A stretch of DNA of 64,000 bases from Squalus acanthias (lineage: Eukaryota), in NCBI GenBank assembly GCA_030390025.1, contig CM059432.1, forward strand, positions 20,338,001 to 20,402,000. The letters run 5' to 3'. Below are positions 12,984 through 25,207 of the stretch, one piece after another. The position numbers and the translations under genes were made by a program. Position 1 is the stretch's first letter. Every line of letters begins with the position of its first letter. Under the pieces are notes generated by a model that saw nothing but the letters and a program-made list of their open reading frames with translations, made no database searches and had not been told where the DNA came from.

Positions 12984-13895
12984 TTGACGAAAGGTCTTCA
13001 ACCTGAAACGTTAACTCTGTTTCTCTCTCCACAGATGCTGCCTGACCTGCTGAGTGTAGGCATGCACAGACCCGTAATTCCTAATTTCGATATACATTGA
13101 AATGCTTTGCCAGGCCAAAAGTTTTTTTTCCCAAAGTGAAATAAAGTTGTCACTGATAAGGGACATGGGATTTGCTTTGATAGACAACAGAGAGAAACAA
13201 TCCTCCTTAGATTTTGCAGATATGGCGTCTCTGATGGCTTATCGGAGGTTAAAGTGGAGAAGTCAAACCTTTGAAGTTTTGAATGCAGAATACGACGTAA
13301 CTCATGAACCGAACCAAGTGGTTTTCTGCCACCTTTGTAAACTTTAGGAGTGAATGAACAATTTTGGGCTGTGATAAAAGACAAACTAATGGATAGCGAC
13401 ACAGGATGAGTTAATGTGAACGTTTGACAGCTCAAACAGGTCAGACCAACATTAAAAGGAACATTTCACTGTCTCTGATTGATTGATTTACTGCAAAAGG
13501 CAAGGAAAGCTGTATAAAGCACAGTGGCTAAAGAATATCAGCACTGCAGTCAGAAGAAGGTGGTTTGGCCAGTCATCTCGCCTACGAGGATCAAGTTGCA
13601 GTCGGAGGAGGGGCCTGGCCAGTCTTTTCACTTAAGAGGACCTACAATCAACGCTGGACCGATCATCGGCGGGTGGTTGTATGTATGATTTCCTGTAACA
13701 TTATTGGTGAACTGCTCGAATAGTGGTTGGGGTTTTGAATCTGTCTTAGGAACAATAAAAGGTTAAAGGCAGAACCCGTGTGTCTGGTGTAATTTCTCAG
13801 AGTCTCAAGTCCGAACTCTATAACCTGTTGGACGGGGCGAGGGGTAATTCCGCACGTTTTACATGAGTACTTCCAGCATTTTCTGGCTTTATTTT
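12984..13895 (+). mobile_element. Penelope family A pLTR fragment (12984-13054, 13864-13895) split by a solo LTR
   Basis: TGACGAAAGGTCTTCAACCTGAAACGTTAACTC...GACCTGCTGAG continues as TACTTCCAGCATTTTCTG after the insert. Confidence 0.8.
13055..13863 (+). mobile_element. Solo LTR (809 bp)
   Basis: TGTA...TACA termini, 4-bp TSD TGAG (13051-13054 / 13864-13867), TATAAA at about 13513, AATAAA at about 13754. Confidence 0.85.
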
Positions 13896-14097
13896 ATATT
13901 ATACAAGAGGAAACTAGAAATTATTAAATAAGATCCTTCTGTGTCAAAAAAGTCGTAAATGCCATTTCATATCCATGAAAAGCAGCCTCTCAGCTTAAGC
14001 TGACCAGCTACCTCTCAACAGGTTATACTCACACCTAGATATGACTGCTTCATCAATGAAGTTGCATCTTATAGTACACGGTTAACTGGGACACATT

Positions 14098-14841
14098 GGC
14101 CCAGAAATTGATCTCGCTCTGTTCCCGCGGGGGTAAGGAGCAGGCGCGATCTCTCACTCCGCGTTGGCTTTTTCAGATCCAGCTCGCACGAACTTGATGT
14201 TCCAGACATCAGCTGGGCAGTGCTTGCGTATCCCACCGGCGTAGTGAATTCGTGCGCGCTGTGGGATCACGTGACTCAGTTAGAGCCAATGGCAGCACAC
14301 CATCTTCCATTCATAAGTTTCACATACGTGCTGTGAAAGCTATGAATCTTACACACCCCCAAAATAACAGCTAAACCTCAATTAAATTTTTTTTAAAAAC
14401 CATCACATTAATAAAATAAGTATAGTTAAATAAATTAACCACTTTAAATAAAAAATTAAATTTTTGAAAAAATTTAAAATCTTTTAAAAAGTTATAAAAA
14501 TAAACTTACCTGTCTTTAAAGTCTCTAAAAAAGATATACCTGTTAAAAAAAATTCAAAATAATACTTAATTCACTACTTACCTTGTTAAAAGTGGGTCTT
14601 ACTCCTCCTTTTTCCATTTCTAAAATCTTCCGTCCTTACCTGCGCGTCCAAAGCATGAAGTGCACAGCGTGCGCGCAGCCTGTAGCTCGCACGCGGTGCA
14701 CCGAGGAACCGCCCCCTTTTCCAAAGACCAAGTGCCGGTTTTCAGCGCATGCGCAGTGCATGCAGAAAACCGGCAATTGGAGAGAGAATACGCGAGAGTA
14801 CGCAGTGCGTACTCTGGCGCAGCGGGATCAATTTTTGGCCC
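14098..14841 (-). mobile_element. Non-autonomous DNA transposon (PIF/Harbinger-like MITE)
   Basis: Imperfect TIRs GGCCCAGAAATTGATCTCGCT / AGCGGGATCAATTTTTGGCCC, 3-bp TSD ATT (14095-14097 / 14842-14844), GC-rich ends with an AT-rich core. Confidence 0.75.
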
Positions 14842-15289
14842 ATTATGTTAGATACTCAAAAGCGTTTTCAAGACAAAAATGTATTCAAATCAATTTTTTG
14901 TAGTTGAAAAATAAACAGTTGAAACTCATTTACAATGTCACTTTGTTATTATGATGTTGAACAAATGGAAATAACTATTAAGGTTTATGTATACGAGGTG
15001 TTACACATCTTTATGGTTACTAAGAACCCTTGATACCTAAGCACAGACTATCAACAAGAGGAGAGGAGTAAAGTCAATGAAAATACCGTAGTAAATAGCA
15101 ATCAACTTGGTTTCACAAACAGTTGTTCCTGCATGACCAACCTTCTTGACTTTATTGAGAAAGCAACATTCAAGGCCAATGGTAGGAAGCTCTATTACAT
15201 AACATACCTAGACTTCCAGAGCTCAAGGCAGTGGAAATACCAGGTGTAACTTTGAAGTTTTAAGGACAAGAAATTGTCTCAAAGAGAGA

Positions 15290-17040
15290 ACATAAGAACT
15301 TAAGAAATAGGAGTCGGCAATTCGGCCCTTCGAGCCTACTCCGCCATTCAATAAGATCATGGCTGACCTTTTATGCAAATCCACGTTCCCACCCAATCCC
15401 CATATCCTTTGATGCCCCTAGTCCAAGAATCTATCTATCTCAACCTTCAAAATATTCAACGACTCAGCATCCACAGTTCTTTGGGGTAGAGAATTTCAAA
15501 GATTCACAACCCTCTGAGTGAAGAAATTCCTCCTCACCTCAGTCTTAATTTCTCCTCATCTCAGTCTCGACCCTTATCCTGAGACTATGCCCCCTAGTTC
15601 TAGACTCTCCAGCCAGGGGAAACAACCTCTCAGCATCTACCCTGTCAAACCCCTTCAGAATCTTATATGTTTCAATGAGCTCACCTCTCATTCTTTTAAA
15701 CTCCAGTGAGTATAGGCCCATTCTACACAATCTCTCCTCATAGGACAGCCCTCTCATCCCAGGGATCAATCTCGTGAACCTTTGTTGCACCGCTTCAAAG
15801 GCATGCACGTCCTTTCTTAGATAAGGAGACCAGAACTGTGCACAGTACTCCAGGTGTGGTCTCACCAAAGCCCTGTACAATTGTAGTTAGACTTCCTTAC
15901 TCTTGCACTCCAACCCCCTTGCTATAAAGGCCAACATGCCAACTGCCTTCCTAATTGCTTGCTGCATGCTAGCTTTCCGTGTTTCCTATACAAGAACACC
16001 TAAATCTCTCTGAACACCAACATTTAACAGTTTCTCACCATTTAAAAAATATTCTGTTTTTCTATTCTTCCTACCAAAGTGAATAACCTCACATTTCCCC
16101 ACATTATACTCCATCTGTCACCTATTGCCCACTCACTTAACCTGTCTATATCCCTTGGCAGGCTCTTTGTGTCCTCCTCGCAGCTTACTTTCTCACCTAG
16201 CTTTTTAAGAGGCATCCTTAACCCTGGCACCAGGCAAGCAACACAACCTTCGGAACTCCCGGTCACGGCTGCAGAAAACAGCATCTATCCCCGACTATAC
16301 TGTTCTCTACCACATTCCTTTTCACTCCCCCCACTTGAATGGCGTCCCGTACCACGGTGCCATGGTCCGTTTGTTCATCCATCCTGCAGACTTTGCCCTC
16401 AGCCACACAGGCAGCAAGAACCTCATACCTGTTGGATAAGGGCAAAGGCCGAGGCTCCTCCAGCACTGCACTTGGGGTCCCCTAACCTGCCTGAGCCACA
16501 GTCACACCCTTCTGTCCCTGACCATTAACCAAACCTGTACCACTACCTAACCTAAGGTGTGTGACTGCCTCCTGGATCAAACTGGCCCGATAACTCTCCC
16601 CATCCCTGATGGCCCACAATGTCTGCACCTCGGACTCCAGCTCAACAACTCTGAGCTGAAGTTCCTCGAAATGCAGACACTTACTGCAGATGTGGTTGTC
16701 CGGGATCGCGATGCCTTCCACAGCTCCCACATACTGCAGTTGCGGCACACCACCTGCACTGCCATCCCTATATAACCTTGTTTTATTTATGTAATTACTT
16801 AGTTAAAACTAAATTAAAACTAGGGCATCTTTTTAAACTGCTCCGGTTCCCGCTCTTTTACTCTGCTCTGCTCCACTCGTTTATTTGATTATTAGCTCCT
16901 TTATTTTATTATTTACTTAACTCTTATTTATATATGTCAGATTTTAATTTATTGAAAATTCGAAGCCCTTTAATGTTAGTATCCTCTGATTAGTTAATCT
17001 TAATTTTATCCCCTTAGATCTGATTAATTAATTAAACACT
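15290..17040 (-). mobile_element. CR1 LINE: 5' region plus ORF1 joined to the ORF2 3' end
   Basis: ORF1 Zn-finger/coiled coil (CRNCSMW...CSKC..LQLRVVELESEV), PLPLSNRYEVL and esterase-like start at 16765-16207. RT tail RPHLEYCAQFWSP and 3' repeat at 16205-15290. Confidence 0.8.
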
Positions 17041-17867
17041 AAACAGCAATTGCTGTGTTCAGGGCGTGATGCCAGCTGAACGAAGTAATGGGCCCCAGGG
17101 ACTGATGTTTCTAATCTAAATAAACAATCTAGATTCAGCAATAGTAAGCAATTTGATCAAATTTTCAGATGATACAAAATTGAGGTGTGTGTGTTGGGGG
17201 GGGGGGAGGGGTAAAAGAGAGGATGGCAGTCTAGTCTGATGTGGGAACCAACAAACTACGGGAGAATCTAGATTTAAAAATCTGCATGTGGGCAGAACTA
17301 TGGCAGATGAAATTTAATACAGAGAACAACAACAACAACTTGTATTTATATAGCTCCTTTAACATAGAAACATGTTCCAAGGCGCTTCACAGGAGCATTA
17401 AAACACAAAATTTGACACCGAGCCAGATAAAGAAATATTCGGGCAGAAGAGGTAGGTTTTAAGGAGCGTCTTAAAGAAGGAAAGAGAGGTCGAGAGGGAA
17501 TTCCAGAGCTTAGGGCCTCGGCAGCGGAAGACACCGCCATCAATGGTGGAGCAATTAAAATTGGGGATGCTCAAGAGGCCAGCATTAGAGAAGCGCAGAG
17601 ATCTTGGAGAGTTGTGGGGCTGGAGGAGAGTACAGAGATAGGGAGGGGCGTGGCCATGGAGGGATTTGAAAACAAGGAGAACTTTAAAATCGAGGCGTTG
17701 CTTAAGTTGGAGCCAATGTAGGTTAGCAAGCACAGGGGTGCTTGGTGAACGGGACTTGGTACGAGTTAGAACATGGACAGCAGAGTTTTGGATGACATCA
17801 AGTTTACGGAGGGTAGAATGTGGGAGGCCAGCCAACAGTGCGTTGGAATAGTCAAGTCTGGAAATAA

Positions 17868-19145
17868 CATAAGAATTTGGAGTAGGAGTAGGTCATGCCG
17901 CCCTTCAACCTCAACTTCACTTATCCGCCCGATCTCCATATCCCTTGATTCCCCTGGAGTCCAAAAATCTATCTATCTCAGCCTTGAATATATTCACACG
18001 TTGATTTGACACGTTGGACCCCCTGTGGCGCATCTCATTGTCTTGGCTGTGCTCTTGGTGTGTCTTTGATGTAAGGACACCTTCCCTGAAAGATTCTATC
18101 TCTGCAGTTTCTGTGTTTATATACTGTGAAATATTGCAGACTCACTCATTGTAACTTTACCTGAGGAAGGGGCGACAGCTCCGAAAGCTTGTAATTTTAA
18201 ATAAATCTGTTGGACTATAACCTGGTGTTGTGCGGCTTCTCATTTTTGAATATATTCAACAACTCAGCATCCATACCCCTTTGGGGTAGAGAATTCCAAA
18301 GATTCACAACCCTCTGAAGTGAAGAAATTCCTCCTCATCTCATAAGAACATAAGACGGAGGAGCAGGAGTAGGTCATTTGGCCCCTCGAGCCTGCTCTGC
18401 CATTCAATAAGATCATGTCTGATCTTGGCCTCAACTCCACTTCCCTGCCTGCTCCCCATAACCTTCGACTCCCTTACCTTTCAAAGACCTGTCTATCTCC
18501 ACCTTAAATATATTCAATGACCCAGCCTCCACAGCTCTCTGGGGAAGAGAATTCCAAAGATTCACAAACCTCAGAAGAAATTCCTCCTCATTTCCGATTT
18601 AAAAGGGTGCCCCCTTATTCTGAAATTATGCCGCCTAGTTCTAGATTCCCCCACGAGGGGAAACATCCTCTCAGCATCTACCCTGTCAAGCCCCTTCAGA
18701 ATCTTATATGTTTCAATGAGATCACCTCTCATTCTTCTAAATCCCAGAGAGTATAGGCCCATTCTACACAATCTCTCATCATAGGACAGCCCTCTCATCC
18801 AAGGGATCGATCTAGTGAACCTTCGTTGCACCGCCTCTAAGATATGTATGTCTTTTCTCAGATAAAGAGACCAAAACTGTGCACAGTACTCCAGGTGTGG
18901 TCTCACCAAAGCTCTGTACAATTGTAGTAAGACTTCTTTACTCTCGTACTCCAACCCCCTTGCAATAAAGGCCAACATGCCATTTGCCTTCCTTATTGCT
19001 TGCTGTACCTGCATGCTAACTTTCTGTGTTTCCTGTACACGGACACCTAAATCTCTCTGATCACCAACATTTAATAGTTTCTCACCATTTAAAAAATATT
19101 CTGTTTTTCTATTCTTCCTACCAAAGTGAATAACCTCACATTTCC
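17868..19145 (-). mobile_element. Two CR1 3' fragments in tandem (17868-18341, 18342-19145)
   Basis: Two separate ATAAGAAC tails and 3' hairpins. ORF 18571..19014 is the CR1 RT C-terminus. Confidence 0.85.
17997..18245 (+). mobile_element. Solo Penelope family B pLTR with hammerhead motif
   Basis: Homologous to 43565-43795, with CTGAGGA-AGGGGCGACAGCTCC-GAAAGCTT at about 18161-18190. 13-bp TSD TTGAATATATTCA (17984-17996 / 18246-18258). Confidence 0.85.
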
Positions 19146-21568
19146 AAAGACAAGGATGAGGGTTTCAGCATTAGATGAGCTGAGGCAGGGCTGGAGTTGA
19201 GTGATGTTCCAGAGATAGAAATAGACAGTCTTAGTGATGGTGCAGATGTGTGGTCGGAAGCTCATCTCAGGGTCGAATAGGACACCAAGATTACAAATAG
19301 TCTGATTCAGCCTCAGACAGTTGCCAGGGAGAGGAATGGAGTCAGTGGCTAGGGAAAGGAGTTTGTAGCAGGGACCAAAGACAGTGGCTTCAGTCTTACC
19401 AATATTTAGTTGGAGGAAATTTCTGCTCATCCAGTACTGGATGTCGGAAAAGCAGTCTGACAATTTAGAGACAGTGGAGGGGTCGAGAGAGATGGTGGTG
19501 AGGTAGAGCTGGGTGTCGTCAGTGTACATGTGGAAACTGACGCTGTGTTTTCGGATGATATCGCCGAGGGGCAGCATGTAGATGAGAAATAGGAGGGGGG
19601 CCAAGGATAAATCCTTGGGAGACACCAGAGGTAATGGTGCATGAGTGGGGAAAAAAGCCATTGCAGGTGATTCTCTAGCTACGATGAGATAGATAGGAAT
19701 GGAACCAGGCGAGTGCTGTCCTTCGATGGTGGAGAGGCATTGGAGGAGGATGGAGTGGTCACCTGTGTCAAAGGCTGCAAACGGGTTGAGAAGGACGAGG
19801 AGGGATAGTTTACCTTTGTCACAGTCACTTAGGACGTCATTTATGACTTTGATAAGAGCCGTTTTGGTACTGTGGCAGGGGCGGAAAACTGATTGGAGTG
19901 ATTCAAACATGAAGTTCTGGGAAACATGAGCACAGGTTTGGGAGGTGACAACACGTTCAAGGACTTGGAGAGGAAAGGGAGGTTCGATATGGGACGGTAG
20001 TTTGCAAGGACGGAGAGGTCAAGGGTTGGTTTTTTGAGAGGGGTGATGACAGCAGATTTGAAGGCGAGGGGGGACAGTACCTGAGGAGAGAGAACCTCAG
20101 CTAACATGGGAGCCAGGAAGGGAAGTTGGGTGGTCAGCAGTTTAGTGGGAATAGGGTCGAGGGGACAGGAGGTGGGACTCATGGACAAGATGAGCTCAGA
20201 GAGGGCAGGAGGCAAGATGGGAAAGAAACTAGAGAAAAATGCGAGTTCAGGGCAAGGGCAGGGGGAAAATTAGAGGAAATTTGGCCCGGTGGGCTAGGGG
20301 AAGGGAGGGAAGTGGCAGAGGCAGCTGATCAGATGGTCTCAATCTTAGTGACCAAGAAGTGTGAAGTACAGTTTATAGGAAGAAAACAATGGAAAAGGTG
20401 CAAGGTTTTACATATTGGAAGAAAGAATGCAAGACACACGCAATGAATGGTATCGAACTGGCTAAAAGAGAGATTAAGGAGTGATTACAGATTCAACATG
20501 TCCTGACGTTGTGGAGCAACAATCAATGAAGTGAACAGAATGCAAAGCTACAGTGCCAAACCAATGGAGTACAAACATCAGACAGTCATGCTGGAATGAT
20601 AGAGTGCTTCTGATCTAGTCACATTCTGAGGGCTATGTTCAGTTCTGGTCACCAAGGTTCAAGGAAAATATCCAAATGCTGAACATGATGAACAGAAGAG
20701 TCAAGCAGATAACGCATAATGTTAAGAGGACTCCGTATTAAGTACAGGCTAGGAAAATGTGGACTTTCAGGCATGAAAGGAGCTGAATGAGAGAGGACCG
20801 TAAAGAGGGCTACCATACTAAGCAGCATAGAAAAGAAATGAGTTAGAGTAGAATAGTCAGTCTTCATTTCAACACAGCAAGAATGCAGGGTGGAAGAAAA
20901 GCATTTCTAAGACTTGGAAACAGAATCCTCTTTTAACTTTACACAGCTTAGCTGTGGAGGAAGTCCACATGTAACACAGTTGTTTCAGCATCAAAGACAC
21001 ACAGGAATTTTTGATAAAAGTCCAATACAGATTTCAAAGCCCTTCTGTCCTGCTCCAATGAGTGAAGCTCAACACAAGCTCAAGGAATAGCCCCTTGTCG
21101 TTCCATTAGGCGCTCTGCAGTCCGCTGGCCTTAACATTGACTTTAGCAACTTCAGACATGAACCATAGCTTCCATTTTCTTCTCTTGACGGTAGGTGCTG
21201 GTGATACAGGATGGGTATACCAGGACTTCTGGGGAGAGAGATTTCACCATCAGTCGACTGCCAGCAAGGTCATCTGCAAAACTGGTGTCGAGCTCGTCTT
21301 ATTCTTCTACCATACACCTGGGCCACTGGAGCCTGGTCCGCTTTGCCAGGTTCTCGTGCTCCTCTTTCCACTTAGCTATCCCCACATTCTCTGTGTCGCA
21401 TATATGCCTTTTATTTCTCTACTTTTCTCATCGTGCCTCTTTTTGTCTTCATCACTTCTGTTATTTAACCATCTCCTGTTCTCCTCCTGATCACTTTACA
21501 AGTCTTCCTTTTGCATTTTTCGTGTATGAGGTCTTTCCACCCCTTTCCTTCACTCTCTTCCTGCTTAC

Positions 21569-22035
21569 CGTGTCAGCCAGTGGCTCAGTTGGTAGCATTC
21601 TCACCTCCGAGTCAGAAGGTTGCGGGTTCAAGTCCCACTCCAGAGACTAGAGCACAAAAATCTAGGCCGACACTCCAGTGCAGTGCTGAGAGAGTGCTGC
21701 ACTGTCGGAGGTGCTGTCTTTCAGATGAGACATTAAACGGAGTCCCTGCCTGCCCTCTCAGGTGGACGTGAAAGATCCCATGGCACTATTTCGAAAAAAG
21801 AGCAGGGGAGTTCTCCCAGTGCCTGGCCAATATTTATCCCTCAATCAACATCACTAAAAACAGATTATCACATTGTTGTTTGTGGGAGCTTGCTGTGTGC
21901 AACTTGGCTGCTGCATTTCCTACATTACAACAGTGACTACACTTCACAAAGAACTTCATTGGCTGTAAAGGACTTTGGGATGTCCGGTGGTTGTGAAGGG
22001 CGCTATATAAATGCAAGTCTTTCTTTTTTCTTTCT
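21569..22035 (+). mobile_element. tRNA-derived DeuSINE (SacSINE1-like), full length
   Basis: A box TGGCTCAGTTGG, B box GGTTCAAGTCC, Deu-like core, tail GCGCTATATAAATGCAAGTCTTTC. Confidence 0.9.
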
Positions 22036-22059
22036 GATAAGCTGTTGATCTACAGTATC

Positions 22060-22202
22060 TTCCAGTTCTGATGATGGGTTATACCTGAAACAGTAACTTT
22101 TTTTTTTTCCCTTTTGCCACAGATGTTGCTTGAGCTGTTCTGTTTCCAGCTAATTTCTCTGTTTGTTTAAGATTTCCATATCTGTAGTATTCTATTTTTT
22201 GC
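22060..22202 (+). mobile_element. Degraded Penelope family A pLTR
   Basis: AGTTCTGATGATGGGTTATACCTGAAACAGTAACT followed by CAGATGTTGC...TTTCCA. Confidence 0.65.
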
Positions 22203-22535
22203 TAATCACCTCAAATTTTACAATGTGTAGCTCAATTAAGAACTACAAAGAAGGTGTTCCTCTGAGGTTTGGGTTCAGGTGAATTGTTGTGGTTGTCCAG
22301 AGGTACGATACTCTGCATTTAACCCATGCTATACCTGATGCGGGAGTGCCCGATACCGAAAGTGGGTGCAAAGCGGAGAAAAATGTACCATTCTCCAACA
22401 GAGACAGCCATTGCCTTGAGAAGAACAAGCGAAAGAACAAAAGTAAAAGTGCTTCAAAGCTAGTATCCCAAAAGTATTGAAATTACACACACAAAGGATC
22501 AAAAGCCACCCTCTTTTATCTTTGTCACCTTTATC

Positions 22536-23940
22536 AATAGGAACATAGGAACAGGAGGAGGCCATTTAGCCCCTTGAGCCTGTTCCGCCATTCAATGAGA
22601 TCATGGCTGATCTGTGACCGAACTCCACATACCTGCCTTTGCCCCGTGTCCCTAAATACCTCAGATTTTAAATTAACAATTGGCCCAGCATCAACTGCCG
22701 TTTGCAGAAGAGAGTTCCAAACTTCCACCATCCTTTGCGTGTAGAAGAAGTGTTTCCTAACGTCACTCCTGAAAGGCCTGGCTCTAATTTTTAGGCTATG
22801 CCCCCTAGTCCAAGATTCCCCAACCAGCGGAAATAGCTTCTCTCTATCTACCCTATCAGTTCCCCTCAACATCCTGAAAACTTTGATCAAATCACCCCGG
22901 CCCTTAACCTTCTAAATTCTAGGGAATACAATCCAAGTTTGTGTAATCTCTCCTCATAATTTAACCCTTGAAGTCCGGGTATCATTCTAGTAAATCTACG
23001 TTGTACTCCCTCCAAGGCCAATATATCCTTCCTAAGGTGTGGTGCCCAGAACTGCTCACAGTATTCCAGATGTGGTCTAACCAGGGCTTTGTATAGCTGC
23101 AGCATGACTTCTAACCCCTTGTATTCTAGTCCTCTAGATATAAAGGTCAGCATTCCATTAGCATTTTTGATTCATTTTTGTACCTGTCCGTAACATTTTA
23201 ATGATCTATGTACATGGACCCATAAGTCTCTTTGAACCTCCATTGCTTCTAGCTTTTCACCATTTAGAAAGTACTCTGATCTATCCTGTTTGGGCCCGAA
23301 GTGGGTGACCTCAGATTTGCCTACATTGAAATCCATTTGCCACAGTTTTGCCCATTCACTTAATCTATTAATATCTCTTTGTAATTTTATGCTTCCATCT
23401 ACAATGCTTACAATGCCATGTGTCTTTGTGTCATCGGCAAACTTGGATATGTGGCTCTCTATCCCGTCATCTCTAAGTCGTTAATAAATAGTGAATAGTT
23501 GAGGCCCCAACACAGATCCCTGTGAGATGCCACTAGTTACATCCTGCCAATTAGAATACCTGCCTATTATCCCTACTCTCTGTCTCTTGCCGCTCAGCCA
23601 ATTTCTAACCAGGTCAATAATTTGCCCTCAATTCCCTGAGCTTCAACTTTAGCTAACAGTCTCTTCTGAGGGATTTTACTGAATGCCTTCTGGAAGTCCA
23701 TGTAAATAACATCCATAGACATTCTCCTGTCCACTACTTTAGTCAACTCTTCCCACATTACAAAAGTGACTACACTCCAAAAGTACTTCATTGGCTGTAA
23801 AGCGCTTTGAGACGCCGAGTGGTCGTGAAAGGCACTATATAAATGCAAGTCTTTCTTTCTTTTTACTTTAGTCACCTCTTCAAAAAATTCAATCACGTTC
23901 GTCAGACATGACCTACCCTTTAAAAATCAATTCTGGCTCT
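22536..23940 (-). mobile_element. CR1 LINE 3' portion with a SINE tail inserted at about 23750-23863
   Basis: RT ORFs 22534..22890, 22887..23153 and 23594..23896. The insert is flanked by repeated TACTTTAGTCA. Confidence 0.85.
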
Positions 23941-25122
23941 CTCAGTGTAGTTTGCTGACAATGTCCTATAACCATTTTAACAGATCTAATACATTATTTA
24001 GGTTACAGAGGTTGATAATACAAGAAATGTTGTAATATTTAATAGAGCTACTGGCCCTGTGGAATCCACCCACTTACAATGCACAATGGATCCCATAACC
24101 GTCACAGCAGAGAAAATGGAACATAAAAACAGTCACAGCAGAGAAATTGGAACACAGATTGCTGGGCGAAAATAGACGAAGGTCCATCTAGTTCGACTTC
24201 TACCATCCTGTTAGTCGCATAATACAACGATATTAGAGTTGTTGAATAATCATGGCAATCACTATTAATAAGTCTATAACAGACCTAAACATGAAGCGAG
24301 GGAATGCCCCAGTGGTGGAGGGCTTTGGGAACCATAGGTCCAAAGTCACCCATTCCTCCCAAGAACGCTACACTTACTATATGTTATGTCTCTAATTAAT
24401 CAAACACTGTAGCCCAAAATAATATATTCTGAAAGAAACCTATCTAATTTTCATTTGAATGAATCAACACTACGGTAGCAGCTGCCACTGTTTCCCTGGG
24501 GAGCCTGTTCCATAGATTGACCACTCGCTCACTGAAATAATGTTTGCGCAAATTGTGAGTTTCATTTCTGGCTGTAGAACTTACCCGATGTCTAGGCAAG
24601 GTTCATATAGGTCAGCAAGCAGGAAACAGAATTGCTGGTCTATGTGAGCAGTCCGAACACTCAGCCCGTCCATGGCCCGAAAATACCAAGGCATTTTGAC
24701 TCTGTGGTGTGTGTTTATATTAGTCGCTGCTAGTTCTGCTGTCCCTGGTGGAGCTCAGGAAGCTACCAATCCTCCTCAGCAGGCCACACTGCTGCTGAAG
24801 GCAGGGTTGGTTTTGTGTAATGCAGGAAAGTGCATAAAATAAACTCTAAAGAGACCACATTAGTGATGTGAGGAAAAAATGATGTTTCCACAAAGTGATG
24901 CTCCCTGGCAAGGTGAGTGTGTCAGATGTGGGGCATTGCAGCTTTGAACTTTCTTCACGGTTGAACCGACTGAAAATTCTGATTATGGTAGAAATGATGC
25001 ATCTTGCCAGTGCTCCAGACACTGCAGACAAGCACTAAATGCATCAGACACTTGCGGTTCGATTGTCAAACAGAAAAGGTCCATGAAATATTCTGGAAAG
25101 GTTATCAAATGGTGAGAATTAC

Positions 25123-25207
25123 CTAAAGGCTGATAGCCTTGCCTGGAAGGTCCTCCAAATGGATTCCGTCCACTGAAGCTGCTGCCATCGATAGCCCCAT
25201 ATGACAT
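25123..25207 (-). CDS. TSNARE1: First coding exon (coding part) of t-SNARE domain-containing protein 1 (syntaxin-12/7-like)
   Basis: Minus strand ATG at 25207 reads [28 protein letters not shown]+G, then a TTAG|GTAATT phase-1 donor. This closely resembles the recalled human TSNARE1 N-terminus [29 protein letters not shown]. An upstream acceptor CTGTTTTCCAG| places the exon start at 25253, giving 46 nt of 5'UTR. No downstream syntaxin exons recognised in the window. Confidence 0.88.

Larger units (their letters stand above)
17325..20357 (-). mobile_element. L2 LINE (parts 17325-17868 and 19146-20357) interrupted by CR1s
   Basis: RT ORFs 19089..19910, 19841..20215 and 17398..17835, with a (TTG)n tail at 17325. 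The two halves join across the insert. Confidence 0.88.

Noticed and set aside
21569..21645. tRNA-like sequence (also at 60660, 38020 and others)
   Set aside because: SINE heads continuing into SINE bodies, with no proper acceptor stem or terminator.
24983..25122. C-terminal part of the 96-aa ORF containing the TSNARE1 peptide
   Set aside because: Similarity stops at the GT donor at 25122. The remainder is intron read-through.
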